Shown: piece after piece, positions 1 through 9,825 of the stretch | How positions within the stretch are numbered: position 1 is the first letter of the stretch | How the letters are laid out: every line of letters starts with the position of its first letter | Virus record (IMG/VR): IMGVR_UViG_3300042554_002438 | Source of the DNA: a virus | Lineage: Duplodnaviria; Heunggongvirae; Uroviricota; Caudoviricetes | Strand: one strand, 5' to 3' | DNA length: 64,000 nt | Notes under the pieces: model-generated | Databases searched by the model: none | Seen by the model: only the letters and a program-made list of their open reading frames with translations | What the model was told of the DNA's origin: nothing | Program-made: the position numbers and the translations under genes

Positions 1-68
1 CTGGTTGCGAACAGGAAACCAAGAACAAAATTAATAACGATGCAAATTTTTTTGTCATAACCAAATTT

Positions 69-338
69 TTATTGTTTTACTTTTACCATATGATCGTTGA
101 AACTATCCACATCCACAAACTCCCGCTCAAGATATTCAATCACCTCACGCATTGCCTTGGCATCATTGTCAGAACTCTTTATTGTCAGAGCGACTGCACC
201 AGCCAGAATCATTCTTATCTCATGAAGAGTTAATTCATCCTGTTCTTTGGGTTGTACAATATTAAAATAAGACATCCCATCCCTTCGTGTCATCTGAACA
301 ACAACCGTCCGTGTCGTTTCATCGAATTTACTGTCCAT
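69..338 (-). CDS. hypothetical protein
   Basis: 89 aa ORF in the minus-strand gene tiling; no recognisable motif. Confidence 0.45.
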   Translation of the reverse strand: MDSKFDETTRTVVVQMTRRDGMSYFNIVQPKEQDELTLHEIRMILAGAVALTIKSSDNDAKAMREVIEYLEREFVDVDSFNDHMVKVKQ

Positions 339-341
339 GTT

Positions 342-554
342 TTATTTATTGTTCAAACGTTTTTGCTTCTCGTAATAAATCGAATCGTGCTTTCCTTTCC
401 AAGCCACCCATTGCACATCACCCCTCTTTATATCCCTGTGCGTTTTCCTCGCACCAAGATAACTCAACCCCACGATGAAACCAATTCCAATTTTAAACCA
501 TAGCGCTGCCATAATTATTTCCTTAAATGTTCTGGGTGAATGGGATTCTTGCAA
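342..554 (-). CDS. hypothetical small protein
   Basis: 70 aa ORF; overlaps the next minus ORF by 40 nt. Confidence 0.3.
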   Translation of the reverse strand: MQESHSPRTFKEIIMAALWFKIGIGFIVGLSYLGARKTHRDIKRGDVQWVAWKGKHDSIYYEKQKRLNNK

Positions 555-742
555 TTACCCTTATGTTCAAAGATCGCCCCCCTATCATAATCAGCAAAGA
601 AATATTCACAACCCTCAATCTCAACAATGTTTAATTTGGAATGTCCGTTGTTGATCACAATGTTTGTTTGTCTCTTCTCAACCGTTGATTGTGTGCAAGA
701 AACCAATCCGATTAAAATCACCGCAATTAATATCTTTCTCAT
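515..742 (-). CDS. putative lipoprotein
   Basis: N-terminal signal peptide with lipobox-like LVSC (MRKILIAVILIGLVSC). Confidence 0.45.
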   Translation of the reverse strand: MRKILIAVILIGLVSCTQSTVEKRQTNIVINNGHSKLNIVEIEGCEYFFADYDRGAIFEHKGNCKNPIHPEHLRK

Positions 743-1599
743 GCTGTTTCCCTTTCCGCATTAAGAGACTTCAATTTCAATCCTGGTGTGGACAACCATT
801 TGATGATTTCCTCAGCGGTGTACCAACCAAAGTTATCATCATCGTCAGAGTAGTTCACCCAAAACATAATATCATACTCCGTGTTCGCTTTTCTCTTCTT
901 CTCTTCCCTCGCAACAGCATCCTTATAATCAATCCACCTCGGTGAACAAGCCATAAAATACTTATTACCTTTGTAACCACTGTTACGTCTTGTCTCCTCC
1001 TTCAACTTGGTGACGCCAATCTCTTTCTCATACTCAATGAGATCATATGCTTCCTTATCCACGTTGTACATCTCATCCAATACGTCTTGTGGCAACTTAT
1101 CCAGAATGAGAACGGACAATGATGAATTTGAGAACGCTGGCACCTCAGACTTTAGAAATGTGATGGCGATGTTCTTATTCTTGAACGCCTCATACAACTC
1201 CCTCATCTTAGGGAAATCTTCCTTGTTCTTGCTAGCGATACAAAAGTCACCCTCGTCCCAAGCGCACTCAAGGTCGTTGTAAACATTCTTAATGTCATAG
1301 CCCAAAAGATCCTTGGCCTTATACTTCTCCTTCAACCCATATGGTCTTTCAGATGTCAACACACAAAGGTCTTTATCTTCTTTGAACAGAACCTCACCGA
1401 TTGTCATTCTTCGGTTATCAATCCCAAGCAATGGTTTCTTAATCCCCAAGATGTTTGTCTTGTCGGACTTCAATCCAAACTTGTTTTTGATTCCCCTGAT
1501 TCCCCATTCGTGTTCCGATGTGAAATCCCAACCGAGTGATACCCCATAAAAGTTATCACCCTCAACGATGAACGATACGTTTTGATATGCTCTTCTCAT
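739..1599 (-). CDS. hypothetical protein
   Basis: 286 aa ORF; 4-nt overlap with the downstream gene; no recognisable family. Confidence 0.55.
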   Translation of the reverse strand: MRRAYQNVSFIVEGDNFYGVSLGWDFTSEHEWGIRGIKNKFGLKSDKTNILGIKKPLLGIDNRRMTIGEVLFKEDKDLCVLTSERPYGLKEKYKAKDLLGYDIKNVYNDLECAWDEGDFCIASKNKEDFPKMRELYEAFKNKNIAITFLKSEVPAFSNSSLSVLILDKLPQDVLDEMYNVDKEAYDLIEYEKEIGVTKLKEETRRNSGYKGNKYFMACSPRWIDYKDAVAREEKKRKANTEYDIMFWVNYSDDDDNFGWYTAEEIIKWLSTPGLKLKSLNAERETA

Positions 1600-1782
1600 G
1601 ATATATTATTTTTTTGTGTATTTTTTTAAATCCTTTGCTGAAATATTCAACTCACAATTTCCGTGTGCTTTCAATGAAACGAAAATTTCGCCACGCTCGG
1701 TTATCCAGACATTGGTTGCCTTGGTTTTCACACCATCGATGTAAAAATCCTTATCCTTTATGTTTGTTGCGTCTCGCATGTC

Positions 1783-1825
1783 GCAAATATATAACAGGAA
1801 TTTTTAATACGCAAATTTATTTCGT
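1783..1825 (-). promoter_or_regulatory. recurrent AT-rich promoter-like motif (plus-strand form ACAAA-ATAAG ... TTTTTAAT-GCAAATTT)
   Basis: one of at least 12 similar intergenic copies, each placed just upstream of a minus-strand start. Confidence 0.4.
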
Positions 1826-2053
1826 TAATTTTATAAAGATTCCAGCTGGCCCATGTGATACATGATAACCACAACATCTATTGTCCAAAGTCATACCATA
1901 CGATTTAAGACGAAATATTATCGCGGACTCAGCCTCACCATAAAAAATAGCGTGAACCGTGCTATCAGCGTAATCAATTGAAACGCCAATTATTTTATTT
2001 ATTGCCCAAGATGGGTTTATGTCCAACTCTTCAACTGGTATGTGTACTAACAT
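1817..2053 (-). CDS. hypothetical protein
   Basis: 78 aa ORF. Confidence 0.35.
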   Translation of the reverse strand: MLVHIPVEELDINPSWAINKIIGVSIDYADSTVHAIFYGEAESAIIFRLKSYGMTLDNRCCGYHVSHGPAGIFIKLTK

Positions 2054-2877
2054 TGTATTCTTTTTAATACGTCTAATATTCTTGAGTATGCTTCAACACC
2101 AACTGGTATCGACATTAATGAGACCAAAAAGTTACTGATGTATGAGTACATTGCGATGATATCCCCTTGAGATAACTTGTCAGATGTCTTGATGAAGACA
2201 ATCAAAGCTGTCACAAGAAATGTATATTTAACCGCATTCACCCAGAACCAATTCTTTCCTTGTAATGTTGAACCGTATATCCATAACTTTCTTCTTCTGT
2301 TAAAGAAACTTGTTATCTCATCCTTATTGGAACGATTGATAACATCAACTTTTTTCTCATATTGATTGTTCCCAACAACAGTTGCTTGTTTTATCTTCTT
2401 GTAAAACTTAAACACAATAAACATAATTGGGAACACACAACCCAACACAATGAAACCTGTTATCAAACTTCCCCTCATCACAAAAACCAAACTACCCAGA
2501 ACCGTGACAATAACGGAAATGTAATAATGAACGTAACTCTCGAGAACATCCACAATCTGGTGAGCCATATCTGTCCTGGCTACCTTAGATGAGTTATCAA
2601 CATCGGTCTTATGTATAAACTCCATCACGATGTTGTTATATATCTTTGTGTATACCTTTGTGTCATAAACCATTCTCTTGTATATGAACATGGTTGATCC
2701 AGCGTAAACCAGAACCAAACCAATCAACCAATTCCAGTTACCAACCAACAAACCATCAATCGTCTTTCCAAGAAAATAGGGTTGCAATAAAAGCAAACCC
2801 TCGGCAATTAACATGTAAGTGTATATTAATAATAACTCATACTTATATTGCTTAAATATATTAATCAGATGTTTCAT
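2047..2877 (-). CDS. multi-pass membrane protein
   Basis: 276 aa with several hydrophobic helices. Confidence 0.5.
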   Translation of the reverse strand: MKHLINIFKQYKYELLLIYTYMLIAEGLLLLQPYFLGKTIDGLLVGNWNWLIGLVLVYAGSTMFIYKRMVYDTKVYTKIYNNIVMEFIHKTDVDNSSKVARTDMAHQIVDVLESYVHYYISVIVTVLGSLVFVMRGSLITGFIVLGCVFPIMFIVFKFYKKIKQATVVGNNQYEKKVDVINRSNKDEITSFFNRRRKLWIYGSTLQGKNWFWVNAVKYTFLVTALIVFIKTSDKLSQGDIIAMYSYISNFLVSLMSIPVGVEAYSRILDVLKRIQC

Positions 2878-3427
2878 CGTTTTCAGTTTCCCCTTTCAGT
2901 TTTTCATAATAATCTTTTAGTTCACATAAGCTATACCAGTCCTTATCGAATGTCGGTTCCATTTCCTTTATGTTCTCAACCAGCTCGGCTTTGTAGCCTC
3001 TGTGATATACATAATGTTCTATCGCATCAGCCAAATCCTGAAGATGCTTCGGTGCCCCTATGCTTATTCTCAAATCGTAATCAGACCATTTAGTTTTATA
3101 ATCCCACATTCGAATCCCCTTGGTTATTTTTCTCTCAATATTATGTAAGAACCTGTTCCTTACTCTAACGATTGAGTTATCCGATCCAAATAAATGCAAG
3201 AACCTTAGGAACCACCTTGGGCACCACCAGGGTTTGGCTTCAGCATCCATTGCCATTACCAATGCGTGAATCATTCCACGCTTCTCGTAAGCATCCTCGA
3301 AAGGAACATAGCCTAGGTAGCCATACTTTTCATGGAAATTCTTTGGAAAGAAAACCGCTCGCAGGTCATCCAACCTTATATCCATTGTGTGGATCATCCC
3401 TTTATTTTTACCCTTGAATATTTTCAT
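2861..3427 (-). CDS. hypothetical protein
   Basis: 188 aa ORF. Confidence 0.5.
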   Translation of the reverse strand: MKIFKGKNKGMIHTMDIRLDDLRAVFFPKNFHEKYGYLGYVPFEDAYEKRGMIHALVMAMDAEAKPWWCPRWFLRFLHLFGSDNSIVRVRNRFLHNIERKITKGIRMWDYKTKWSDYDLRISIGAPKHLQDLADAIEHYVYHRGYKAELVENIKEMEPTFDKDWYSLCELKDYYEKLKGETENDETSD

Positions 3428-3764
3428 TTCGAATGTTGTTAAATTCTTCTCTTATTCTTCTGATTATTTCAGCATCGATATTTCTCATTAGTTCTTCTGT
3501 CAATGCTCTGGTCAATTCTTTCTCAACATCTTCATCACATCTAACACGAGTTATTAATTTATCTTTCTCATAAAACCAAATAACCTTGAATCTTTCATAT
3601 GAAAAGTTCGATTTGATTTTTGGATATCTAAACTCTTCGGTTTTGGGAAATGGTTCTTCAAGTTCATTGTTGAATAAAATAACATAATGGTCACCAACAT
3701 CAATGATATCATCACACAATAGGTAGGTTCCATACTCATCATTTAATAACCATTCTTTAGACAT
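3408..3764 (-). CDS. hypothetical protein
   Basis: 118 aa ORF. Confidence 0.45.
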   Translation of the reverse strand: MSKEWLLNDEYGTYLLCDDIIDVGDHYVILFNNELEEPFPKTEEFRYPKIKSNFSYERFKVIWFYEKDKLITRVRCDEDVEKELTRALTEELMRNIDAEIIRRIREEFNNIRNENIQG

Positions 3765-3767
3765 AAA

Positions 3768-4133
3768 TTACTTCTTAGTGTCATCCTTTATGACAATACT
3801 GTAATCCAATTTATTTAGTTCATCAGATAATCTTTTCAAGAAAGTTTCTTCACCATCATCACCAGACAATAACCAATCAACACGCTGTGCGTATATCTCA
3901 GCAATTCTCAAAATCTTTACAGCATCCCTGAATTTTTTGATGACCTCATCGGGATATTTGTGGTGGGTTCTCTCATCTGGGTATCTTTCAAAATACTCAA
4001 CGCCATACCATCTAACCTTTTCTCTGAACTCCTCATCGGTTAAAGGTCTGCCACTTCGTTCTATTTCACTTTCAATGCTATCAGCAATGTTGCGAATCTT
4101 ATATTGGTCGTAATCAAATGCTCCTCCACTCAT
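3768..4133 (-). CDS. hypothetical protein
   Basis: 121 aa ORF. Confidence 0.45.
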   Translation of the reverse strand: MSGGAFDYDQYKIRNIADSIESEIERSGRPLTDEEFREKVRWYGVEYFERYPDERTHHKYPDEVIKKFRDAVKILRIAEIYAQRVDWLLSGDDGEETFLKRLSDELNKLDYSIVIKDDTKK

Positions 4134-4684
4134 ATTTTATTTGTATAAATTTCTTTTATTGTACCATCTTTATAAAAAATTCTGCAATCAGGTTTTGTCC
4201 ACCCATAGAGGTTAGCCATAACTTGCGCATACTGCTCAATGCTATCCAATTTAAGTCTACCAACAACTCTTGTTGAACTATATTTATTTTCAACAATTGG
4301 TTCAACCAACCAAGTGGCGCCAGGATATTGGCTCTTCAAGTTTTTAATAGCGACATCTTTCTGAATGGTTCCTTTTTTACCATCGGTCAGCCATTGAGAA
4401 ACCTCGTAACCATTCCATTTTGTGTTCATCTCCTCGATGTTGGTGGCATAAGATGCTGGGTACCAACGATCGCCACAGCAAGGGCAATCCATACCCTCAT
4501 CACAACCATTCCAATAACAACCCAAGTCCTCGGCAATTCTTAGAGCCTCATCCTCCGAAACGGCCTCAATGTACAATCTGTGGCATAGTTTATCATCGGT
4601 GATGAATGAACCACCACTGTTGTTCTGTGTAATTTCGTAAAATTCGGTTGATTTTGCCTTAATCGCTGATTTTTCGCTGACCAT
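4130..4684 (-). CDS. hypothetical Cys-rich protein
   Basis: 184 aa; CPCCGDRW cysteine cluster suggests metal binding. Confidence 0.5.
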   Translation of the reverse strand: MVSEKSAIKAKSTEFYEITQNNSGGSFITDDKLCHRLYIEAVSEDEALRIAEDLGCYWNGCDEGMDCPCCGDRWYPASYATNIEEMNTKWNGYEVSQWLTDGKKGTIQKDVAIKNLKSQYPGATWLVEPIVENKYSSTRVVGRLKLDSIEQYAQVMANLYGWTKPDCRIFYKDGTIKEIYTNKI

Positions 4685-4697
4685 AATTTTTATTTTA

Positions 4698-4738
4698 GGT
4701 CACAAATATAAAGAAATATTTTTAAATATCCAAATCTT
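4698..4738 (-). promoter_or_regulatory. promoter-like motif copy
   Basis: ggtcacaaatataaagaaatatttttaaatatccaaat immediately upstream of the 4684 start. Confidence 0.35.
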
Positions 4739-4749
4739 ATTGAAACATT

Positions 4750-5010
4750 TTAATCAAAATTATATTTGACTGTAACCAGATAATTTTTTTTGATATCTTC
4801 TGGTATAAAACACCAGACAATATTAATCATCTTGTGGCGCGAAAAAAATGTTGATGGTTTCTCATCTATTTGTTTCAACGCATCGGAATTTTCTATAATA
4901 TGTTTCTCATCGTTTGATATCCAAACGTATTGATCACCGATTCTATTTGGTTTTTTATCATCAACCAAAAGAACCATCTTGTCAAGCATTATAAATCTCT
5001 CATTCAGCAT
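4750..5010 (-). CDS. hypothetical protein
   Basis: 86 aa ORF. Confidence 0.4.
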   Translation of the reverse strand: MLNERFIMLDKMVLLVDDKKPNRIGDQYVWISNDEKHIIENSDALKQIDEKPSTFFSRHKMINIVWCFIPEDIKKNYLVTVKYNFD

Positions 5011-5039
5011 AATCGTATTGAAAATCTAAGTAAAACAAT

Positions 5040-5288
5040 TCACCCCCTTGGGCTGTCCATTGGTTGGACAGCCACTAAATCTTGTGAAATAAATGTATGC
5101 GTAACACCAGTCGCATAAGGCATAAAGATCATGTCATAGTAAACGGAAACGTGTGTACCGAATGTTTCGTAATACCAAACTACTTTGTGGTTTACACCAT
5201 CGATTGTGATGTACTCATCACCATCTTTTAATTGATCATCCGTAACAATATAATGATTGCCCTGGTACTTTATGAACTCACCAATCAT
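5040..5288 (-). CDS. hypothetical protein
   Basis: 82 aa ORF. Confidence 0.4.
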   Translation of the reverse strand: MIGEFIKYQGNHYIVTDDQLKDGDEYITIDGVNHKVVWYYETFGTHVSVYYDMIFMPYATGVTHTFISQDLVAVQPMDSPRG

Positions 5289-5539
5289 ATTGAAATGTCA
5301 TCATTCTTTGGGGATGCGAAAGTATAATTAGCTGCCATAGCAACTTCAAACTTAGTTAAAAGTTCTTTTATATCAGTCGCACCCCAACCCGTACCAACCG
5401 TTCTGTTTTTTGCGGTGTGTTCGATTGTGTATCGCACAACTCTATCGTGTGTTACACTAACGGACACTCGGAAGTCAGACCTATCAGTGTATTTCCTTTC
5501 AATCTCAGCAACTTTATCCGCTAGTTCAAGTAATGTCAT
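5285..5539 (-). CDS. hypothetical protein
   Basis: 84 aa ORF; 4-nt overlap with neighbours. Confidence 0.4.
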   Translation of the reverse strand: MTLLELADKVAEIERKYTDRSDFRVSVSVTHDRVVRYTIEHTAKNRTVGTGWGATDIKELLTKFEVAMAANYTFASPKNDDISI

Positions 5540-5540
5540 A

Positions 5541-5804
5541 TCAGTCCCACTCTGTTATGTCCATATCTCTGTCGTTGATCACACAATCTAATGCTCTTTC
5601 AATGTCCCAAAAATATGTAACGAAATTACCATCAATCATTGTAATTGTGTTCACACCAAGTGCAGTGTAAAACTTGTCTGGGTCAATATCGTTATCGACT
5701 AACATTGTGACGATCTCATCACTAGTGAAACCGACCTCATATTTTCTTTTGCTATTTTTAATTATTTCTTCTGCCGTCATATTATTTCTTATTTTTACGA
5801 GCAT
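5541..5804 (-). CDS. hypothetical protein
   Basis: 87 aa ORF. Confidence 0.4.
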   Translation of the reverse strand: MLVKIRNNMTAEEIIKNSKRKYEVGFTSDEIVTMLVDNDIDPDKFYTALGVNTITMIDGNFVTYFWDIERALDCVINDRDMDITEWD

Positions 5805-5858
5805 TCGGTAGCACCAGGAAAAAATACCATAGTATTACCAGTATCGTTAATGTATGCA

Positions 5859-6464
5859 TTAATTAATTTTTTCTATGTAACTTAAAACCTCTTCTTTAGT
5901 ATTAACCCAATCCAATAGTTCGTAGTGTTCGCCTTTGGCGTTTATAAACTCGGCGTTGATTATTTGCAAACTATCTTCAACATTGTGAATGTTTCCGATG
6001 TATCGCTCACGTGCTTCATCGTCATATTCAAAAAGACAACCATCGGAATCTTCCTCAACTCTGATCGTGCTTCCCCATTTAACAATGTTCCAGAAAGCGC
6101 CACCCTCGGATATTGATGTTGCAAAATCATCCACATCGAATGATTCAGCATCTTCTTTGATTGGCATGTCCCAAGTTTCTTTCAACATTGGTAGCAACTC
6201 GTTCCACCATTTAACATCACCATCAAAATTATCCTCAACGGTAACAACAACCTCGGCAATACCATGCTCTTCTTCATCATCCCAGTATAATTCATCACCC
6301 TCGGTGGATATCCATTTCTTGGTGAAATCCTCTGAGAATCTGATTGAATCGAGTAGTTCTGTTAAAAATCTAACCCACGCTGACTCATCCGATTCTAACT
6401 CCTCAAACAAATCGTAATCAGTAATTTTGTAAGTTAATGTGTAGGATACTTTAAACTTTTTCAT
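5859..6464 (-). CDS. highly acidic hypothetical protein
   Basis: 201 aa, very rich in D/E (DDEEEH, EEDSDG, DVDDF runs). Confidence 0.5.
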   Translation of the reverse strand: MKKFKVSYTLTYKITDYDLFEELESDESAWVRFLTELLDSIRFSEDFTKKWISTEGDELYWDDEEEHGIAEVVVTVEDNFDGDVKWWNELLPMLKETWDMPIKEDAESFDVDDFATSISEGGAFWNIVKWGSTIRVEEDSDGCLFEYDDEARERYIGNIHNVEDSLQIINAEFINAKGEHYELLDWVNTKEEVLSYIEKIN

Positions 6465-6468
6465 TGTA

Positions 6469-7920
6469 TTAAATTTTAATCTTTATGTTTTCGATAATTA
6501 AATCACCAGTGTGAATACCGTTATGTTTATAAATTTCAACATGGTATCTGTTAGATGAGTTGACCTCAAATTCAAATTGCATTGTTGGTCTACCGTCAGC
6601 GTTGAGTGTTCTACAACAACCCTTTTCACAAGACTCACCAGGCATTTTATGATCGGCTCCGAAGAAAGACATATAACCCGCGAAGCTCTCAACCATATTC
6701 GGGTGTGCTGTTGTTAATTTATTTCGATTAACGTAAACCTCATAGACACCTTTAGGTATCTTCGTGAATGAAACGGTTAATACTAATTTAACTCTATTTG
6801 GCGCACCTAGCTGGCCACTTGTTGGCGTAACCTGTGTGACAGCATCTGTGATTTGACCATTAATTGGTATGCTGAAATTATTGCTATGTAAAACATTGTT
6901 GTATGCTCTAGCCATCATCGGTTGATCAGCTTTTTCATATACCTCAACATCATCATAATCATAATCAAGTTTGTATATTATCTTTATCACATCTTCCATT
7001 GTATAGGTAACTTTCTTACCATTCTCATCGAAGAAAACATAAGACCAGTCAGCTGATTTTAACATCTCCAATGTAACTTTCTCCCCATTCGGAGAATTAG
7101 TCCATTGCTGCCATAGTCTATCAATGTTTGAGTGATGTGTCCAGAAAACTGGATCAAACCCAGCTGTCGGAACCCAACCCATCAACCCTGTCTCACTAAT
7201 TTTACCAGTGATTGGGTTGTTGAACAACTTACCAGTTTGTACATTACCAGCGCCGATGTAATCGTGCATCGCACCATGTGGGGCATTGTTAATCTGCGAG
7301 TTAAACATTTCGTATGAGGTGTAACTCATTAATTTATCTGTCTCCAAAGCTCTTTGGATTTCACCTGCAATAGGATAACCATAGTTCAAGCTATCAAATC
7401 TACAACGTTCATATAGGGATGATTTCGGATCTCTGAATTTTTCTTGTAAAAATTTGTCGTAGTCAAAATTATTTGTGTAGCCCCAATAAGGTAATGCGAA
7501 ATCTTTATATCCAGACAATTTTCTAACTATCTTTTCTAAATGGTGAATGTATAATCTATGCCAAACCAAGAAATGAATTTTTTCTTTACCACTTGGTGTA
7601 TGTGTACAATTATCCCAAGCTTCTTTTAAATCGGCTGGGGTCTTATAGCTTGGGCACAGTGGGTTATATAAGATTGTGTCGGGAACCCAATGAATTGCAC
7701 CTTGATAATACCAACTCAATGGGTTATCACAAGGCATATTACGCATAATTTTAAAGGCTTTGTCCATGGCTTCAACGTCCATTTGTGCCTCTGGTGTGTG
7801 AATTTCTTTTCGGAGATATCGTTTTCCAACAACATCTCCAACGCTTTCGGTTCTGTCTTTACATGATATTAGCCATAATAGGCCAAACATCAAAATGAAT
7901 AGTATTAATATTTTTTTCAT
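6469..7920 (-). CDS. tyrosinase (type-3 copper oxidase), secreted/lipoprotein
   Basis: CuA signature HFLVWHRLYIHHLE and CuB signature DPVFWTHHSNIDRLW; N-terminal signal peptide ending LISC. Confidence 0.75.
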   Translation of the reverse strand: MKKILILFILMFGLLWLISCKDRTESVGDVVGKRYLRKEIHTPEAQMDVEAMDKAFKIMRNMPCDNPLSWYYQGAIHWVPDTILYNPLCPSYKTPADLKEAWDNCTHTPSGKEKIHFLVWHRLYIHHLEKIVRKLSGYKDFALPYWGYTNNFDYDKFLQEKFRDPKSSLYERCRFDSLNYGYPIAGEIQRALETDKLMSYTSYEMFNSQINNAPHGAMHDYIGAGNVQTGKLFNNPITGKISETGLMGWVPTAGFDPVFWTHHSNIDRLWQQWTNSPNGEKVTLEMLKSADWSYVFFDENGKKVTYTMEDVIKIIYKLDYDYDDVEVYEKADQPMMARAYNNVLHSNNFSIPINGQITDAVTQVTPTSGQLGAPNRVKLVLTVSFTKIPKGVYEVYVNRNKLTTAHPNMVESFAGYMSFFGADHKMPGESCEKGCCRTLNADGRPTMQFEFEVNSSNRYHVEIYKHNGIHTGDLIIENIKIKI

Positions 7921-7930
7921 AATTTTTAAT

Positions 7931-8131
7931 TTATTTTACAACATTAAGTAAAAAAAGTGTGATGTAAACCATAGATACAACTGTCATAAATTTAATTGTC
8001 ATGGCGATGATGGGTTTAGTACCGTTAACTTTAGCAACAAGCATGAAGGATCCTGTTGCATAGAACCAAATGATGGTTATGATCTTAGCAATGTCTAATA
8101 TGTTCATAGTTTTAATTTTTAAATAAATCAC
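7931..8131 (-). CDS. small membrane protein
   Basis: 66 aa with two hydrophobic segments. Confidence 0.35.
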   Translation of the reverse strand: MIYLKIKTMNILDIAKIITIIWFYATGSFMLVAKVNGTKPIIAMTIKFMTVVSMVYITLFLLNVVK

Positions 8132-8723
8132 TCAGGTATTGAAACATTTCAAAGTAAGGTTCGGTGGCATACCAAGTAAACCCCAACTTAGTCATGAATT
8201 CCTCATTTTCTTTTTTATACATCTCAAACATACGACTACCAGTCATCTTAGAGTATTGTACATTAGCGATACGATCACATAATTTAACAAATACAGCGCC
8301 TTTGGTATTACGAATACCCTCATAGTATTTGTCATTGGCACGTTCCTTACGGTTCTTACCCTTTTCATTGGTTACAGCATAAATAATCTCAGCCGCTTCC
8401 TGACCCAAAATATCTTTAACATCGTTATATGACACACGACAATCTTCGATCAAATCGTGGCCCCAACAAGCAAGCATACATGCGTGTTTAGTCGAAACCT
8501 GTGTGGTTGGATTAACAACCACATCACCAGTAAAGTATTCTTTATCGTCTAAAAGATGGTTGTACTTCTCACCGACATGGGCCACCATTCTCAAGTGGAA
8601 CTCATACGGTAAGTATGTGTCGTACATGTGGTTTGTTTCATTGTGCTTCTCAATGCACCATTTTTTCTTATCCATAATTTCTCTTGTTGTTACAAAGGTA
8701 AGAAAGAAAAATTTAATAACCAA
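8112..8723 (-). CDS. HD-domain phosphohydrolase
   Basis: H...GHDLIED metal-binding motif of HD hydrolases. Confidence 0.55.
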   Translation of the reverse strand: MVIKFFFLTFVTTREIMDKKKWCIEKHNETNHMYDTYLPYEFHLRMVAHVGEKYNHLLDDKEYFTGDVVVNPTTQVSTKHACMLACWGHDLIEDCRVSYNDVKDILGQEAAEIIYAVTNEKGKNRKERANDKYYEGIRNTKGAVFVKLCDRIANVQYSKMTGSRMFEMYKKENEEFMTKLGFTWYATEPYFEMFQYLSDLFKN

Positions 8724-8726
8724 AAA

Positions 8727-8752
8727 AAGGGGATAATTATTTCTAATTACCC
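8727..8752 (-). terminator. rho-independent terminator (minus strand)
   Basis: ggggataattatttctaattacccc hairpin preceded by an A-run on plus (T-run on minus). Confidence 0.4.
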
Positions 8753-8774
8753 CCCAGCACTTGACATGGCATGC

Positions 8775-9131
8775 TTAAGATTTTTTGTAATAGATCGTAT
8801 CAGGTAAAGACCCAAACACGAACTTGGTTACGTCACATAACCACATTTTAATATCAAATGGTATACCCATGTAAGACTCAACCTTATATGTGGCACCAGA
8901 ACCATTCCCCTCATCATACAACCAACCATCCGAAATTTTTTTGAGCTCCTCAGCACCCTCAAATGGTTTATCGGACAATGCTATCCAAATATACCACTCA
9001 CCTTCACATAGCAAATCAAGCCAGGTGTCAGCACCAAGAACCATTTGTAGATCGGCTTTAGATCCTTCCCATTCTGGAAGATCAACAAACCAACCATTAA
9101 ATTCTTTATCAAATCTTAATCTTTGTTTCAT
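8775..9131 (-). CDS. hypothetical protein
   Basis: 118 aa ORF. Confidence 0.45.
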   Translation of the reverse strand: MKQRLRFDKEFNGWFVDLPEWEGSKADLQMVLGADTWLDLLCEGEWYIWIALSDKPFEGAEELKKISDGWLYDEGNGSGATYKVESYMGIPFDIKMWLCDVTKFVFGSLPDTIYYKKS

Positions 9132-9514
9132 AAACTACATTTAAACATATAGTTAAATATCTCACAATTTGAATTTAGTTTAGATAAATCTGGAAAGGTC
9201 ACATCACCTATATAGTTATTATCTATATGTGATATGTGTAACTCGGTGAACATGTGTGCATATTTTTCATATGTTTTTTTGCCACCAATGCACCAATCAA
9301 TAACTTCGATATCTGGATTCCAAAGTCCCCTGGTATCGATTACAACTTCACGACCCTTCAATGGTGGTAACTCTAGTGATGTGTTGTAGCCAACGAGTAA
9401 TCTACCACCCATGGTTTTTTCTTTGAAATGTTTGAAATCTTCGGAACTACGCCATAGCATTTTATTACCGATTCCTATGAACCCGAGATTATTTACAGCA
9501 ATTATAGCTTTCAT
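9128..9514 (-). CDS. dihydrofolate reductase
   Basis: IIAVNNLGFIGIGNKMLWRSSEDFKHFKEKTMGGRLLVGYNTSLELPPLKGREVV aligns to the DHFR N-terminal consensus (E. coli FolA, T4 Frd). Confidence 0.7.
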   Translation of the reverse strand: MKAIIAVNNLGFIGIGNKMLWRSSEDFKHFKEKTMGGRLLVGYNTSLELPPLKGREVVIDTRGLWNPDIEVIDWCIGGKKTYEKYAHMFTELHISHIDNNYIGDVTFPDLSKLNSNCEIFNYMFKCSL

Positions 9515-9825
9515 TTTGATAATAAATCAATTAGTATGTAAGACAATTTATAACCAGCGAATGCACCTAAAGCTGATGGTATTGGAAACACAATTAACTT
9601 ACCAAGTGATGTAACATACTTCGGTCGGTTAACAATTCTACCCATATAAAAGTAGTAGGTTATATAACCAAGAAGAACCGCTAGATCTGTTTTGGTTGCG
9701 ATAAACACAACCAACATAGCACCGATAAAACCAAACGTAAAATTGTCTCTGGACTCGGTAAAAACCTCACCAGGAGTTGCATCTTTATATTCTTTAACTA
9801 TTTGTTTTATCGTTGTCTTGCCCAT
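9511..9825 (-). CDS. membrane protein
   Basis: 104 aa with hydrophobic helices. Confidence 0.45.
   Translation of the reverse strand: MGKTTIKQIVKEYKDATPGEVFTESRDNFTFGFIGAMLVVFIATKTDLAVLLGYITYYFYMGRIVNRPKYVTSLGKLIVFPIPSALGAFAGYKLSYILIDLLSK

Noticed and set aside
252-503. Plus-strand ORFs antisense to minus-strand genes (for example 252..503, 5989..6417, 12242..12484, 14485..14859)
   Set aside because: They lie entirely inside longer, motif-supported minus-strand genes, have low-complexity or odd composition, and break the gene tiling; treated as antisense artefacts.
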